This document shows, piece after piece, positions 50,268 to 60,000 of a stretch of DNA of 64,000 nt (positions are counted from its first letter, which is position 1; the number at the start of each line of letters is the position of its first letter). The notes below the pieces were generated by a model. It searched no databases. It saw only the letters and a program-made list of their open reading frames with translations, and was not told the DNA's origin. The translations under genes were made by a program, and so were the position numbers. This stretch comes from a bacterium (GTDB lineage Bacteria; SAR324; XYD2-FULL-50-16; G965216635). Location of the stretch: positions 832,001 through 896,000 of the forward strand of contig OZ244188.1 in the NCBI GenBank assembly GCA_965216635.1, read 5' to 3'.

Positions 50268-51125
50268 CTACTCTTTGATGATAATATTCTCCTCGTTTTC
50301 TTTTTGTCTGAGATTTTTTCCTGTAATTTCAATCAAGTGACACATCTCTGTTATCCTAGAAAAAGTAGACAAAGAAATTCTATGTTGTAGATTGTTCGTT
50401 ATGGGATACCCTTCTGTTGTTTCTTTTTTTTTCGTTCCCTTCGTTTTTAAATCGTAGCTTGTAGTAAAGATAGTTCTTTTTTTTGCGTTGTATCTTTGGT
50501 TGATAATTTTGTCAATAATACTAATTTCCCATTCGCTATTCTTTCCTTTTCCTAGTTCATCTAGAATCAAAATAGGAATTCTTGCCATTTCTTCTAAAAG
50601 TTCTGCTTCTGATTCTTGTTTTCCGTAGCGTGCTTTTATGCGGTTTAATAATTCAGGAAATTCAATAAAAAAACAGGCTTCTTGTTTTTCTAAAATCAAC
50701 TCTTTAGTTAAAGCACACGCGAGAGTTGTTTTGCCGCAACCTATCTCTCCTGAAAACAATAATCCATCTTTTTTATCTGGTTTTTTCACAAAGGCTATGG
50801 CTTTCTTATAAGCAGCAGCTAATGAGGAATTAGAATTGTCTATGTGTAACGAAACCTCTCCAAAACGAGCTGGAATTTGGGCTTGATTAAAAAGAGATAT
50901 TTTCTTTTGTAGTGGCAGACAAATAGGACAAATAGACAAAATTTCTCTTTTTTCTTTGTCTTCTTTTTTTTGGTAGCCTTTTCCAAAACACACAGGGCAT
51001 TTATGAAAACAACTAGGACAGGGAATTAGTTTTGCGTAAAAACCTATTCCTACTGTATCTTCTAGTTTATAGCTTTTAGAATTGCATTCTTGACAGTGTT
51101 CGTTTTTTAAGTGTTCTGTTTTCAT
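50268..51125 (-). CDS. DnaC/IstB-like AAA+ ATPase with N-terminal Cys clusters
   Basis: CxxC pairs, AQIPARF, GEIGCGKT, LILDELG, RYN..K.TIFTT, SRITEMC. Confidence 0.85.
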   Translation of the reverse strand: MKTEHLKNEHCQECNSKSYKLEDTVGIGFYAKLIPCPSCFHKCPVCFGKGYQKKEDKEKREILSICPICLPLQKKISLFNQAQIPARFGEVSLHIDNSNSSLAAAYKKAIAFVKKPDKKDGLLFSGEIGCGKTTLACALTKELILEKQEACFFIEFPELLNRIKARYGKQESEAELLEEMARIPILILDELGKGKNSEWEISIIDKIINQRYNAKKRTIFTTSYDLKTKGTKKKETTEGYPITNNLQHRISLSTFSRITEMCHLIEITGKNLRQKENEENIIIKE

Positions 51126-51469
51126 TATATTTCTACCTCTAAAGGCAATAAATGTTTCTTTTTTTGATTACAACTTTTGCAGCTAGGAATTACATTTCTT
51201 TTAATAGATTTACCTCCTCTACTCAAACTGATTTTGTGATCCATAGTGAGCTCTTTTGGATGAAAATTTTCTTTACAGTAATAACACTGATTTTTGGCAA
51301 GCTGATTTTTCCACCAAGCAGTTTTTTTTAAGCATTGTGCTTTTTTTCTCTCGTTAATAATTACAGTAGGTTCTATTCTAGCTATATTATAGATGCTTTC
51401 TTGAAAATCTTGCTTGCCAGTTTCATTTTTGCCAGTTTTATTTTTGCCAGTCCATTTTTGCCAGTCCAT
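51125..51469 (-). CDS. HNH endonuclease family protein
   Basis: CYYC, LTMDH..SLSRGG, N..PSCKSCN. Confidence 0.85.
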   Translation of the reverse strand: MDWQKWTGKNKTGKNETGKQDFQESIYNIARIEPTVIINERKKAQCLKKTAWWKNQLAKNQCYYCKENFHPKELTMDHKISLSRGGKSIKRNVIPSCKSCNQKKKHLLPLEVEI

Positions 51470-51522
51470 TTTTGCCAGTTGCCTTTATTTTTCATTTAAA
51501 GGTCTCGGTTTAAGATTTCAGT

Positions 51523-52164
51523 TTATTGGGAAGATTTCTTTTTTATCTTTTTAAAAAGAGTAGGGCTATCCCATTTTGCCTCTGCTTTTCCTTGCAAGCT
51601 ACCAAGTTGTAACTTTAAAATTTCCGTTGGTTTTTCAGAACTTCTAACTGCTGTTACTAGATAGAGATCTGTCCAATTGTCGTAATAATAAAAATTTTTT
51701 TCTAAAAAAAAGGAGTAAATATCTTTTTTCTTCAACTTTTTTACTTCTGTTTTGTAGTACTCTCCCTCAGGGTTATCTTTTACGAAAAATTTCCAGTGAG
51801 AATCAGGGTTTTGCAATTCTGAACGAGATTTTTGAAAGGAGATAAAAACAAAAAAGCTATAAAGGTTATTATGTTCCTGTTGGTGCTGTTTCAAAAGCTC
51901 TTTTTTGTCTTCGTAGTAAGAATCTGTATAATTTTCTATAAAAAGCTTTCTTAATTCCCAATCAAAATAAAGAGCATCCATAATGACTACTCTTCTGTAG
52001 TCTTTGTAAAAGTTCGCGGTACGTGTTTTATCTATTATAAGATTTTTGATTACATCATTTTTTGGCTTTATTAAGCTACGGTTTCTAGCTGTGGAGCAAG
52101 AAACAAAACCGCTCAAAAGAAGCATTAAAATAAGCAATGTTTTAGTGTAAGAAATCTCTTTCAT
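51523..52164 (-). CDS. Hypothetical lipoprotein
   Basis: LLLSGFVSC lipobox-like signal; start moved to the ATG overlapping the murJ stop. Confidence 0.65.
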   Translation of the reverse strand: MKEISYTKTLLILMLLLSGFVSCSTARNRSLIKPKNDVIKNLIIDKTRTANFYKDYRRVVIMDALYFDWELRKLFIENYTDSYYEDKKELLKQHQQEHNNLYSFFVFISFQKSRSELQNPDSHWKFFVKDNPEGEYYKTEVKKLKKKDIYSFFLEKNFYYYDNWTDLYLVTAVRSSEKPTEILKLQLGSLQGKAEAKWDSPTLFKKIKKKSSQ

Positions 52165-53714
52165 TTCATCAGGTAGAAAATTTTTTTCAACTCTTTTACT
52201 CTTATAAAATAACAACTGATAAAATAAGTCAAGCAAGAAATAAGCAGACTTGCAAAGAAATGAAAATATACATTTGTAGTTTGCCAGAAACTAAACCAAT
52301 AGAGAACAAGAATCAGCAAAGCCAAAGGTAGTAACTGTTTTAAAAAATTAAAGAAAAAATCCAAATGAAAAGCTGATTTCAGTTTTTTGGGAAGAAAAAA
52401 CAGATTGAGTAGAAATAAAAAAGCTTGACTCACAGAACTAGATAAGGCAATTCCAGCGTGCCCTATAAGAGGAGCACTATACCAACACAAAATCGCATTG
52501 ACGAGCATTGCCCCGAAAGCAAGATAGGCTGTTCTTTTAAAAAACTGCATACTGTGCATACTAGCTGTCAATATTCTATTCCAAGAAATAAAAAAAAGTC
52601 CCGGGGCGTGAAACAAAAGGGCTTTAAATGTAAGCTCTAGCGAGTTTTGATTAAATTCTCCTCTTAAAAAAAGAATTTGGATAATATCTTTCCCTGTAAA
52701 AATCAAGCCGACTGTAATGGGTAAAGTGATAAAACTAGTCAACAATAAGGTAGTTTTTAATTTTTTTTGTGCTTGAATGAAATTTTTCTTGACAATCAAA
52801 GAAGATAGTTGTGGTAAAAGCACAGTAGTAATAGATACAACCAAAACCCCTAAAACTAACTCTAGTAGACGGTTAGATAAGGTCAAGGAAGTGATAGCCC
52901 CTGTGTAAAGGGATGATGCAATAAAATAGCTAATTACAATATTGATTTGATAAATACCTGCGCTAAAAAATCCAGGTAACATCTTTCGGAAAACATCTCG
53001 CACTGTCTCATCTTTAAAAGTAAATTTTCTCCAGAATTTGTAGCCTTGTTTGTGGATAAAAATATGCGAAAAAGAAAGTTGCACTACTCCTCCTAAAAGG
53101 ACGCCTAAAGCCAATCCTAAAACGGCGTTCTGAATACTGTCTCCTAAAAACAATCCTAAAACAACAATAGCTATATTGAGTAAAACGGGACTAAAAGCAG
53201 AAGGGATAAAAACAGAATGATAGTTTAAAATTCCTTGATAGATAGCAGTCAGCGAGATAAGTAAAATATAAAAAAACATTACTCGGGTCAGAAAAATACT
53301 CTGCTCCAATACCAAACCCTCAAAACCTGCTGCCAAAAAATTGCCGATAATCCAAGGAGCAGCTGTTATAAACAATACGCAAAAAAGTAGTAATAAAAAA
53401 AAAAGAGTCCAAAAAAAATTTCTGGCGAATTCCTTTGCCCGCAATTCTCCTTTTTCCTTGTAAATTTTTGTAAAGTTTGGAATAAAAGTTGTCAGCATTG
53501 CTCCTTCTGCAGTAAAACGGCGAAAAAGATTTGGTACTGCATAAGCCAAATAAAAGGCATCACTGTAAAGTGTAGTTCCTAGTAGACTGGTAATTACAAT
53601 TTCTCGAAGCAAACCAAAAATTCTACTTAAAAAAGTAATAGCTCCTACTCCAAAAACTTTTTTTAATAATAGTGACTGATTATCTTGTTGATTGTTTTTT
53701 TGTTTCTCTTTCAT
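52161..53714 (-). CDS. murJ: Lipid II flippase MurJ (MviN)
   Basis: SRIFGLLRE, DAFYLAYAVPNLFRRFTAEGA, QIN, RLLELVLG, RGEF, HAGIAL. Confidence 0.95.
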   Translation of the reverse strand: MKEKQKNNQQDNQSLLLKKVFGVGAITFLSRIFGLLREIVITSLLGTTLYSDAFYLAYAVPNLFRRFTAEGAMLTTFIPNFTKIYKEKGELRAKEFARNFFWTLFFLLLLFCVLFITAAPWIIGNFLAAGFEGLVLEQSIFLTRVMFFYILLISLTAIYQGILNYHSVFIPSAFSPVLLNIAIVVLGLFLGDSIQNAVLGLALGVLLGGVVQLSFSHIFIHKQGYKFWRKFTFKDETVRDVFRKMLPGFFSAGIYQINIVISYFIASSLYTGAITSLTLSNRLLELVLGVLVVSITTVLLPQLSSLIVKKNFIQAQKKLKTTLLLTSFITLPITVGLIFTGKDIIQILFLRGEFNQNSLELTFKALLFHAPGLFFISWNRILTASMHSMQFFKRTAYLAFGAMLVNAILCWYSAPLIGHAGIALSSSVSQAFLFLLNLFFLPKKLKSAFHLDFFFNFLKQLLPLALLILVLYWFSFWQTTNVYFHFFASLLISCLTYFISCYFIRVKELKKIFYLMK

Positions 53715-53736
53715 ATAATAGTATTATTACATAGTA

Positions 53737-53936
53737 TAGACTTTTGAATTTGCATTATGTTTAGCCAAAGCAAGCTTATTGCTTTTACGCCAATACAAGC
53801 TTTAAGTTTTGTAGTGCCTGGTCACATTATTGTGGCACTACGATATTCCAGCGAGCTAAAAATTTTTTTCGCACCTGTTCTAACCATTTGGCTAGCCCCA
53901 ATAGTGGGGTAAGCATCAGCGAAATTCAAAGGTCTA
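53737..53936. mobile_element. MITE-like palindromic element with TSD
   Basis: TAGACTTTTGAATTTGC...GCGAAATTCAAAGGTCTA flanked by TAGTA. Confidence 0.85.
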
Positions 53937-53970
53937 TAGTAATGGTATTAAAAAACAATTTTTAAAAAAT

Positions 53971-54186
53971 ATGGATAAAAATACAATAAATTTGGAATCT
54001 ACAATAACCTGTCCTAAATGCGATTTTCAAACAAAAGAAATTATGCCTACTGGTAGCTGCCAGTGTTTTTATCAATGTCAAAATTGCGGGGAACTACTGC
54101 AATCTCAAAAAGGAGATTGTTGCGTTTTTTGTTCTTATGGTAGTGTAGTCTGCCCTCCTATTCAAAAAGGTAATAGTTGCTGTTAG
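53971..54186 (+). CDS. GDCCVxC-domain small Cys-rich protein
   Basis: STITCPKC, MPT..C..FY.C..C, GDCCVFCSYGSV.CPPIQ. Confidence 0.88.
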   Translation: MDKNTINLESTITCPKCDFQTKEIMPTGSCQCFYQCQNCGELLQSQKGDCCVFCSYGSVVCPPIQKGNSCC

Positions 54187-54207
54187 TGAATTTAGAAAAT
54201 GATCTTA

Positions 54208-54773
54208 ATATGCTGAAAAAATCGCAAAATCTTAACATATAAACCTTGATATGTTAAAAAAATCGCAAAATCTTAACATATAAACCTTGATATGTTAAAA
54301 AAATCGCAAAATCTTAACATATAAACCTTGATATGTTAAAAAAATCGCAAAATCTTAACATATAAACCTTGATATGTTAAAAAAATCGCAAAATCTTAAC
54401 ATATAAACCTTGATATGTTAAAAAAATCGCAAAATCTTAACATATAAACCTTGATATGTTAAAGAAATCGCAAAATCTTAACATATAAACCTTGATATGT
54501 TAAAAAAATCGCAAAATCTTAACATATAAACCTTGATATGTTAAAGAAATCACAAAATCTTAACATATAAACCTTGATATGTTAAAAAAATCGCAAAATC
54601 TTAACATATAAACCTTGATATGTTAAAAAAATCGCAAAATCTTAACATATAAACCTTGATATGTTAAAAAAATCGCAAAATCTTAACATATCAGCTATGA
54701 TGTGTTAAAGAAATCGCAAAATCTTAACATATCAGCTATGATGTGTTAAAGAAATCGCAAAATCTTAACATAT
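54208..54773 (+). repeat. Tandem array, 14 x 41-bp units, each with an internal inverted repeat
   Basis: Unit ATATGTTAA-AAAAATCGCAAAATC-TTAACATAT-AAACCTTG; starts at 54208, 54249 ... 54741; the last two linkers are CAGCTATG. Confidence 0.95.
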
Positions 54774-55885
54774 CACTTCTTATGGCAATGCAAAAACTTC
54801 CCTTTAAAAATATAGAAATAGAAAATATTTCTCTTTTACGGTTCGCAGCACAAGTGCAAGGAGATTTAGGTCAAGTCAACGGTCTTGCTAAAAGCATTCC
54901 CAATCAAGATATTCTTTTGTCTCTTTTACCAATACAAGAAGCACAGTTTAGCTCAGAAATTGAAAATATTGTAACCACTAGCGATGATCTGTATAAAGCA
55001 CAGATAACAAAAAAAAAATATTCTCCTAATATTAAAGAAGTGCAAAACTATGTTCAAGCATTGAGAAAAGGATTTGATATTGTAAAAAAAGATAAATTAT
55101 TGTCGAATAGGACTATTTGCAAAATACAAGAGACTCTAACAGGCAATAACGCAGGTTTTAGAACTCAAGCAGGCACCCACTTAAAAAATGATTCAGGAGA
55201 AATAGTCTATACACCGCCTCAAAATGGTAAAGAAATAACAAACTTAATGAAAAATTTAGAGGTTTTTATCAATGATAACTCCATTAGCAAAATGAACCCT
55301 TTAATAAAAATGGCATTGATTCACCACCAGTTTGAAAGTATCCACCCTTTTTACGATGGTAATGGAAGAACAGGTAGGATTATCAATATTTTATATCTAC
55401 ATCTGCAAGGATTATCAGATTTACCTATTCTTTATTTAAGCGGTTATATTATTGAGAATAAGGATAACTATTATAAATTGTTACAAAATACTAGAGAAAA
55501 AAATACTTGGGAGCAATGGATTCATTTTATGCTAATGGGCATTGGTATAACTGCTTTAGAAACAGTTTTTTTAATCAATCAAATATACGCTCTAATGCTA
55601 GAATTTAAAACAACCATTAGAAAACAATACGCAAAAATATACAGTCAAGATTTGATTAATACACTCTTTAAATACCCTTATACAAAAATAGATTTTGTCA
55701 GCAAAGAGCTTATGCTGACTAGACAAACTGCTTCAAGATATCTGCATAACCTATATAAAATCGGATTATTGGAAAAAACAATTGTGGGGAGAGATTCTTA
55801 TTTTATCAACAAAAAACTCATCCACACCTTTATCAATGCTAAAAAAAAATTTTACGATCCTATGCAAAAAAATTCTGCTAACTAA
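54743..55885 (+). CDS. Fic family protein (Fic_N + Fic + C-terminal wHTH); real start may be ATG 54782 or 54788
   Basis: SSEIEN inhibitory-helix motif; HPFYDGNGRTGR; TRQTASRYL..L...GLL wHTH. Confidence 0.92.
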   Translation: MLKKSQNLNISLLMAMQKLPFKNIEIENISLLRFAAQVQGDLGQVNGLAKSIPNQDILLSLLPIQEAQFSSEIENIVTTSDDLYKAQITKKKYSPNIKEVQNYVQALRKGFDIVKKDKLLSNRTICKIQETLTGNNAGFRTQAGTHLKNDSGEIVYTPPQNGKEITNLMKNLEVFINDNSISKMNPLIKMALIHHQFESIHPFYDGNGRTGRIINILYLHLQGLSDLPILYLSGYIIENKDNYYKLLQNTREKNTWEQWIHFMLMGIGITALETVFLINQIYALMLEFKTTIRKQYAKIYSQDLINTLFKYPYTKIDFVSKELMLTRQTASRYLHNLYKIGLLEKTIVGRDSYFINKKLIHTFINAKKKFYDPMQKNSAN

Positions 55886-56553
55886 CTGTTGTTGATTTTT
55901 TGTTGTAAATTTTTTAGATTTTTTGCTACTGATTGTTTTTTATTGAACACAGCGGAGCCTGCAACTACAATGTCTGCTCCTGTTTTAACAACCTGCTCTA
56001 TATTCTCTGCTTTTACTCCTCCGTCCACTTCTATAGGAATTTTTATTTTTTGCTGCTCCATCATTGTTTGGATTTGTCCTATTTTTGCGAGACATTCGGG
56101 GAGTAAAGTTTGCCCACCAAAACCCGGATTGACAGTCATCACTACAATAAAATCTAGTTCTGCAAAAAAAGGTTCTAATTTTTCTACCTTAGTCGGAGGT
56201 GAGATTGCCAAACCGCAGCGAACATTTTTTGTCTTTATAGTTCTTAATAATTGCAAGCATTTTTCTTCTTCTGGTAAAGCTTCCCAGTGAAAACTTAACC
56301 AATCTGCTCCTGCTTGTATAAAATCAGCAACGTATTTTTGGGGATTTTCTATCATCAAATGCACATCAAAAGGGATGGAAAAATCAGGGCGGATAGAACG
56401 AATCAAATCTGCTCCAAAAGTCAGGTTAGGTACAAAATTACCGTCCATCACATCCAAATGAAGGATATCCAATCCAGCAGACACCGCCTCTTTAATCTGC
56501 GCTGATAAACAACCAAAATTTGCCGTTAAAATAGAGGCTGCTAATTGTTTCAT
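55882..56553 (-). CDS. rpe: Ribulose-phosphate 3-epimerase
   Basis: HLDVMDGNFVPNLTFG, DVHLMI, MTVNPGFGGQ, EVDGG, VAGSAVF. Confidence 0.97.
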   Translation of the reverse strand: MKQLAASILTANFGCLSAQIKEAVSAGLDILHLDVMDGNFVPNLTFGADLIRSIRPDFSIPFDVHLMIENPQKYVADFIQAGADWLSFHWEALPEEEKCLQLLRTIKTKNVRCGLAISPPTKVEKLEPFFAELDFIVVMTVNPGFGGQTLLPECLAKIGQIQTMMEQQKIKIPIEVDGGVKAENIEQVVKTGADIVVAGSAVFNKKQSVAKNLKNLQQKINNS

Positions 56554-56644
56554 TTTTTTTTTTGAGAAATAGTTTTATTATTAATTTAAAAGTATCATAT
56601 TGAGATAAGATTGCAAATGAACTATTAGACAAAAACATATACAA

Positions 56645-56972
56645 TAGACTTTTGAATTTGCCAAATAGGACAAAACTAACTGTTTAGCCAAAGCAAGCTT
56701 ATTGCTTTTACGCCAATACAGGCTTTAGCAAAAGAGCCAAATGGTCATACCAGTGGCTCTTTTGCAGTCTATATTGTGTTAGCTTTAAGTTTTGTAGTGC
56801 CTGGTCTCATTATTGTGGCACTACGCCATTAAAAAAAATTTTTAACTCTTGCCATTTGTGAAGAAATGCTCTTCAGTATTCCCGCGAGCTAAAAATTTTT
56901 TTCGCACCTGTTCTAACCATTTGGCTAGCCGTCACAGCTAGTTTTGTCCTATTTGGCAAATTCAAAGGTCTA
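56645..56972. mobile_element. Longest MITE-like element copy (328 bp)
   Basis: About 39-bp TIR TAGACTTTTGAATTTGCCAAATAGGACAAAACTAACTGT ... ACAGCTAGTTTTGTCCTATTTGGCAAATTCAAAGGTCTA; TACAATA overlaps both ends. Confidence 0.87.
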
Positions 56973-57056
56973 CAATATAAAGAAAAAATTGGACTAGAAA
57001 AGTTATTTATAGCACTTTGACTAAAACCTTTGGTTTAAGAACATTAGAGAACATTT

Positions 57057-60000
57057 ATGCAAACATCATTCATTACCAACCAAAAAAACAATACCCTTAA
57101 AAAGAGAATTGAAACTCTTACTAAAGACAGTTCATTTTTTGATTGTCTTGTAGGTTATTTTTATTCCAGTGGTTTTAGTGCCCTCTACCCATCTCTACAA
57201 CCTATAGAAAAAATTAGAATTTTAATTGGCATTAACACCGATCAGAAAATTATAGAAAATACAGAACAAGCCAAAGAGCAATCTCAACTTCCTCTTTCAC
57301 ACGCCGAAACCGAACAAGAATTTGCAAACCTCGTTCAAAAAGAAATGGAAGAATCAGAGGACAGTAGCTCTGTTGAAGAAGGAGTAAAAAAATTTATAGA
57401 GTGGATTGAAAACAAAAAACTGGAAATAAGAGTTTATCCGTCACGGAATATTCACGCCAAACTTTATATTATGACCTTTAAGAAAGGCGATAGAAATAAA
57501 GGCTGCGTTATTACTGGTTCTAGCAATTTAACTAAGAATGGCTTGGAAGATAACCTTGAATTTAATGTAGAGTTAAGAGACGATAGCGATTATGATTTTG
57601 CAGAAAACAAATTTGCTGAACTATGGAAAGATGGAGTAGATGTTAATGAAAAATATATTCAAACAATTCAGAACAAAACTTTTTTTAAAGAAATCACACC
57701 TTATCATCTATACCTAAAATTTCTTTACGAATATTTTCAAGATGAGTTAAGCATTAGCGGTAAAATAACTAACCAGTATAGCCCGCATGGATTTAAAGAG
57801 TATGAATACCAAACACAAGCTGTACAGAACGCCAAAAAAATCTTGCTTGCTTATGGTGGTGTTTTCATTTCCGATGTTGTAGGACTAGGCAAAACTTATA
57901 TTTCGGCAATGCTTGCAAACCAACTGGACGGAAGGACTCTTGTAATTGCTCCACCCGTTTTAATAGAAGAATCCAACCGCGGTTCTTGGCGTAATATTTT
58001 TTCCGATTTTAAGATTGCAGCTGATTTTGAATCACTGGGAAAATTGGATAATTTAATTAACAGAGGAGTTGATAAATATACCAATATTATTATTGATGAG
58101 GCTCATCGCTTTCGCACAGAAACCAACACTACTTACGAAAAATTAGCAATAATATGTCGTGGTAAAAAACTCATTCTAGTAACTGCTACACCTTATAATA
58201 ATAGCCCGCAAGATATTTTAAGTCTTTTAAAATTATTCCAAAAAACCAAAAAAAGCACCATTCCCAATGTTGCTGATTTGGAATCTTTTTTTGGTGATTT
58301 AGAAAAAGAGCTGAAAAAAATAGATAAAAATAAAAATTATGCTGAATACCTAAAGCAGGTGAAAAATAATGCTCGTGAGATACGCAACCAAATATTGAAG
58401 CATTTGATGGTCAGACGCACCCGCAAAGAAATCAAAGAATATTTTTATAAAAATACAGACCCAGCAAAATCTGGACTTAAATTTCCAGAAGTCAAACCTC
58501 CGCAAGCTTTATTTTATGAACTCAATGAAGAAGAAAATAATATTTTTGATAGAACGATTGAGCTGATTACCAAAAATTTAAAATACGCACGTTATACCCC
58601 GTTGCTCTATCATGAAAATAAAATTTCTCAAGACGAACAGTCCCAAAAAAATATGGGACGATTTATGAAAATTTTGCTAATCAAAAGATTGGAAAGTAGT
58701 TTTTATGCTTTTAAGAAATCAGTAACAAGATTCTTAAATTCTTATAAAAATTTTATAGAAACACTAGACAGTGGTTTTGTTTATCTAAGTAAAAACTATA
58801 CTAATAAAATATTTGAATTTTTAGACAATGACGATGACGAGGCAGTTGAGCAATTAATTCAAGAAAGCAAGGCACAAAAATATGTAAGCGAAGAGTTTAA
58901 CGATGATTTTAAAAAAGATTTGGAATCAGACTTAAATATTTTAAAAAAAATTCAAACACTTTGGCAGCAGGTAGACCGTGACCCAAAATTGCTAAAATTT
59001 TTAAACGAACTATCCAATAATGTGATCTTAAAAGACAAACACCTTATTATCTTTACCGAATCCAAAGAAACCGCCCAATACTTATTTGAGAATATCAACA
59101 AAAAAATAGGCAAAGTACTTTTATTCACTGGTGCTTCCAATGACTCTATCCGTAAAGAAGTGCTTGCCAATTTTGATGCAAATGCTCGGGATAAAAAACA
59201 AAATCACCGCATTCTTATTTCCACTGAAGTTTTATCAGAAGGAGTCAATTTGCACCGAGCTAATGTGGTAATAAACTACGATATTCCTTGGAATCCAACG
59301 AGAATGATGCAAAGAGTAGGTAGGATCAATCGTATAGATACATCTTTTGAAGAGATTTATATTTTTAATTTTTTTCCCACCAAACAATCTAACGAGCAAA
59401 TCAACCTCAAAAAAATAGCAGAGACTAAAATTCATTCTTTTTTAACTCTACTTGGCGGAGATGCACATTTATTAACCGAAGGTGAACCAATAGGTTCTCA
59501 CGAATTATTTGACCGTTTAACCTCAAAAAAAATAGTAGAAGAAGACGAAGAAGAAAGTGAATTAAAATATCTAGCCGTTATCCGTGAAATTCAAGAAAAA
59601 GACAGCGAGCTTTTTAAAAAAATAAAACAACTACCTAAAAAAGCCCGCAGTTCAAAACAAACCAAAGATTCTATTGCTACACTTGTCACTTATTTTAGAA
59701 AAGGAAAATTGCAAAAATTTTTTCAATCGTCTTTACAAAAAGCAGAAGAATTGGATTTTATTGCTGCTGCTAAATTATTAGAAAGCAACCCCAATCAAAA
59801 AACACAAAATGAGCCTAAAGAAATATACGAATTTTTAGGTAACAACAAACAAGCCTTTAAAGAAGCCACTACAGAAGCAAGTTCTATTAGCTCCAAGAAA
59901 CGAAGAAGTAATAGAGATTTGAGTATTATGAAAATTTTGAAAGCAACCAGAAAAAATAACGAACAGCTTACTGACACACAAGAAAAATATCTTGAAAAAA

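Noticed and set aside
50268..51469. Prophage or IS21 element (DnaC/IstB ATPase + HNH)
   Set aside because: No integrase, IstA transposase or phage structural genes; the pair lies co-oriented downstream of murJ
53971..54186. Selenoprotein recoding in the GDCCVxC gene
   Set aside because: No in-frame TGA; all positions are Cys codons and the gene ends in TAG
54208..54773. CRISPR array (palindromic repeats at regular spacing)
   Set aside because: No unique spacers; the 8-bp linkers are identical; no cas genes in the window
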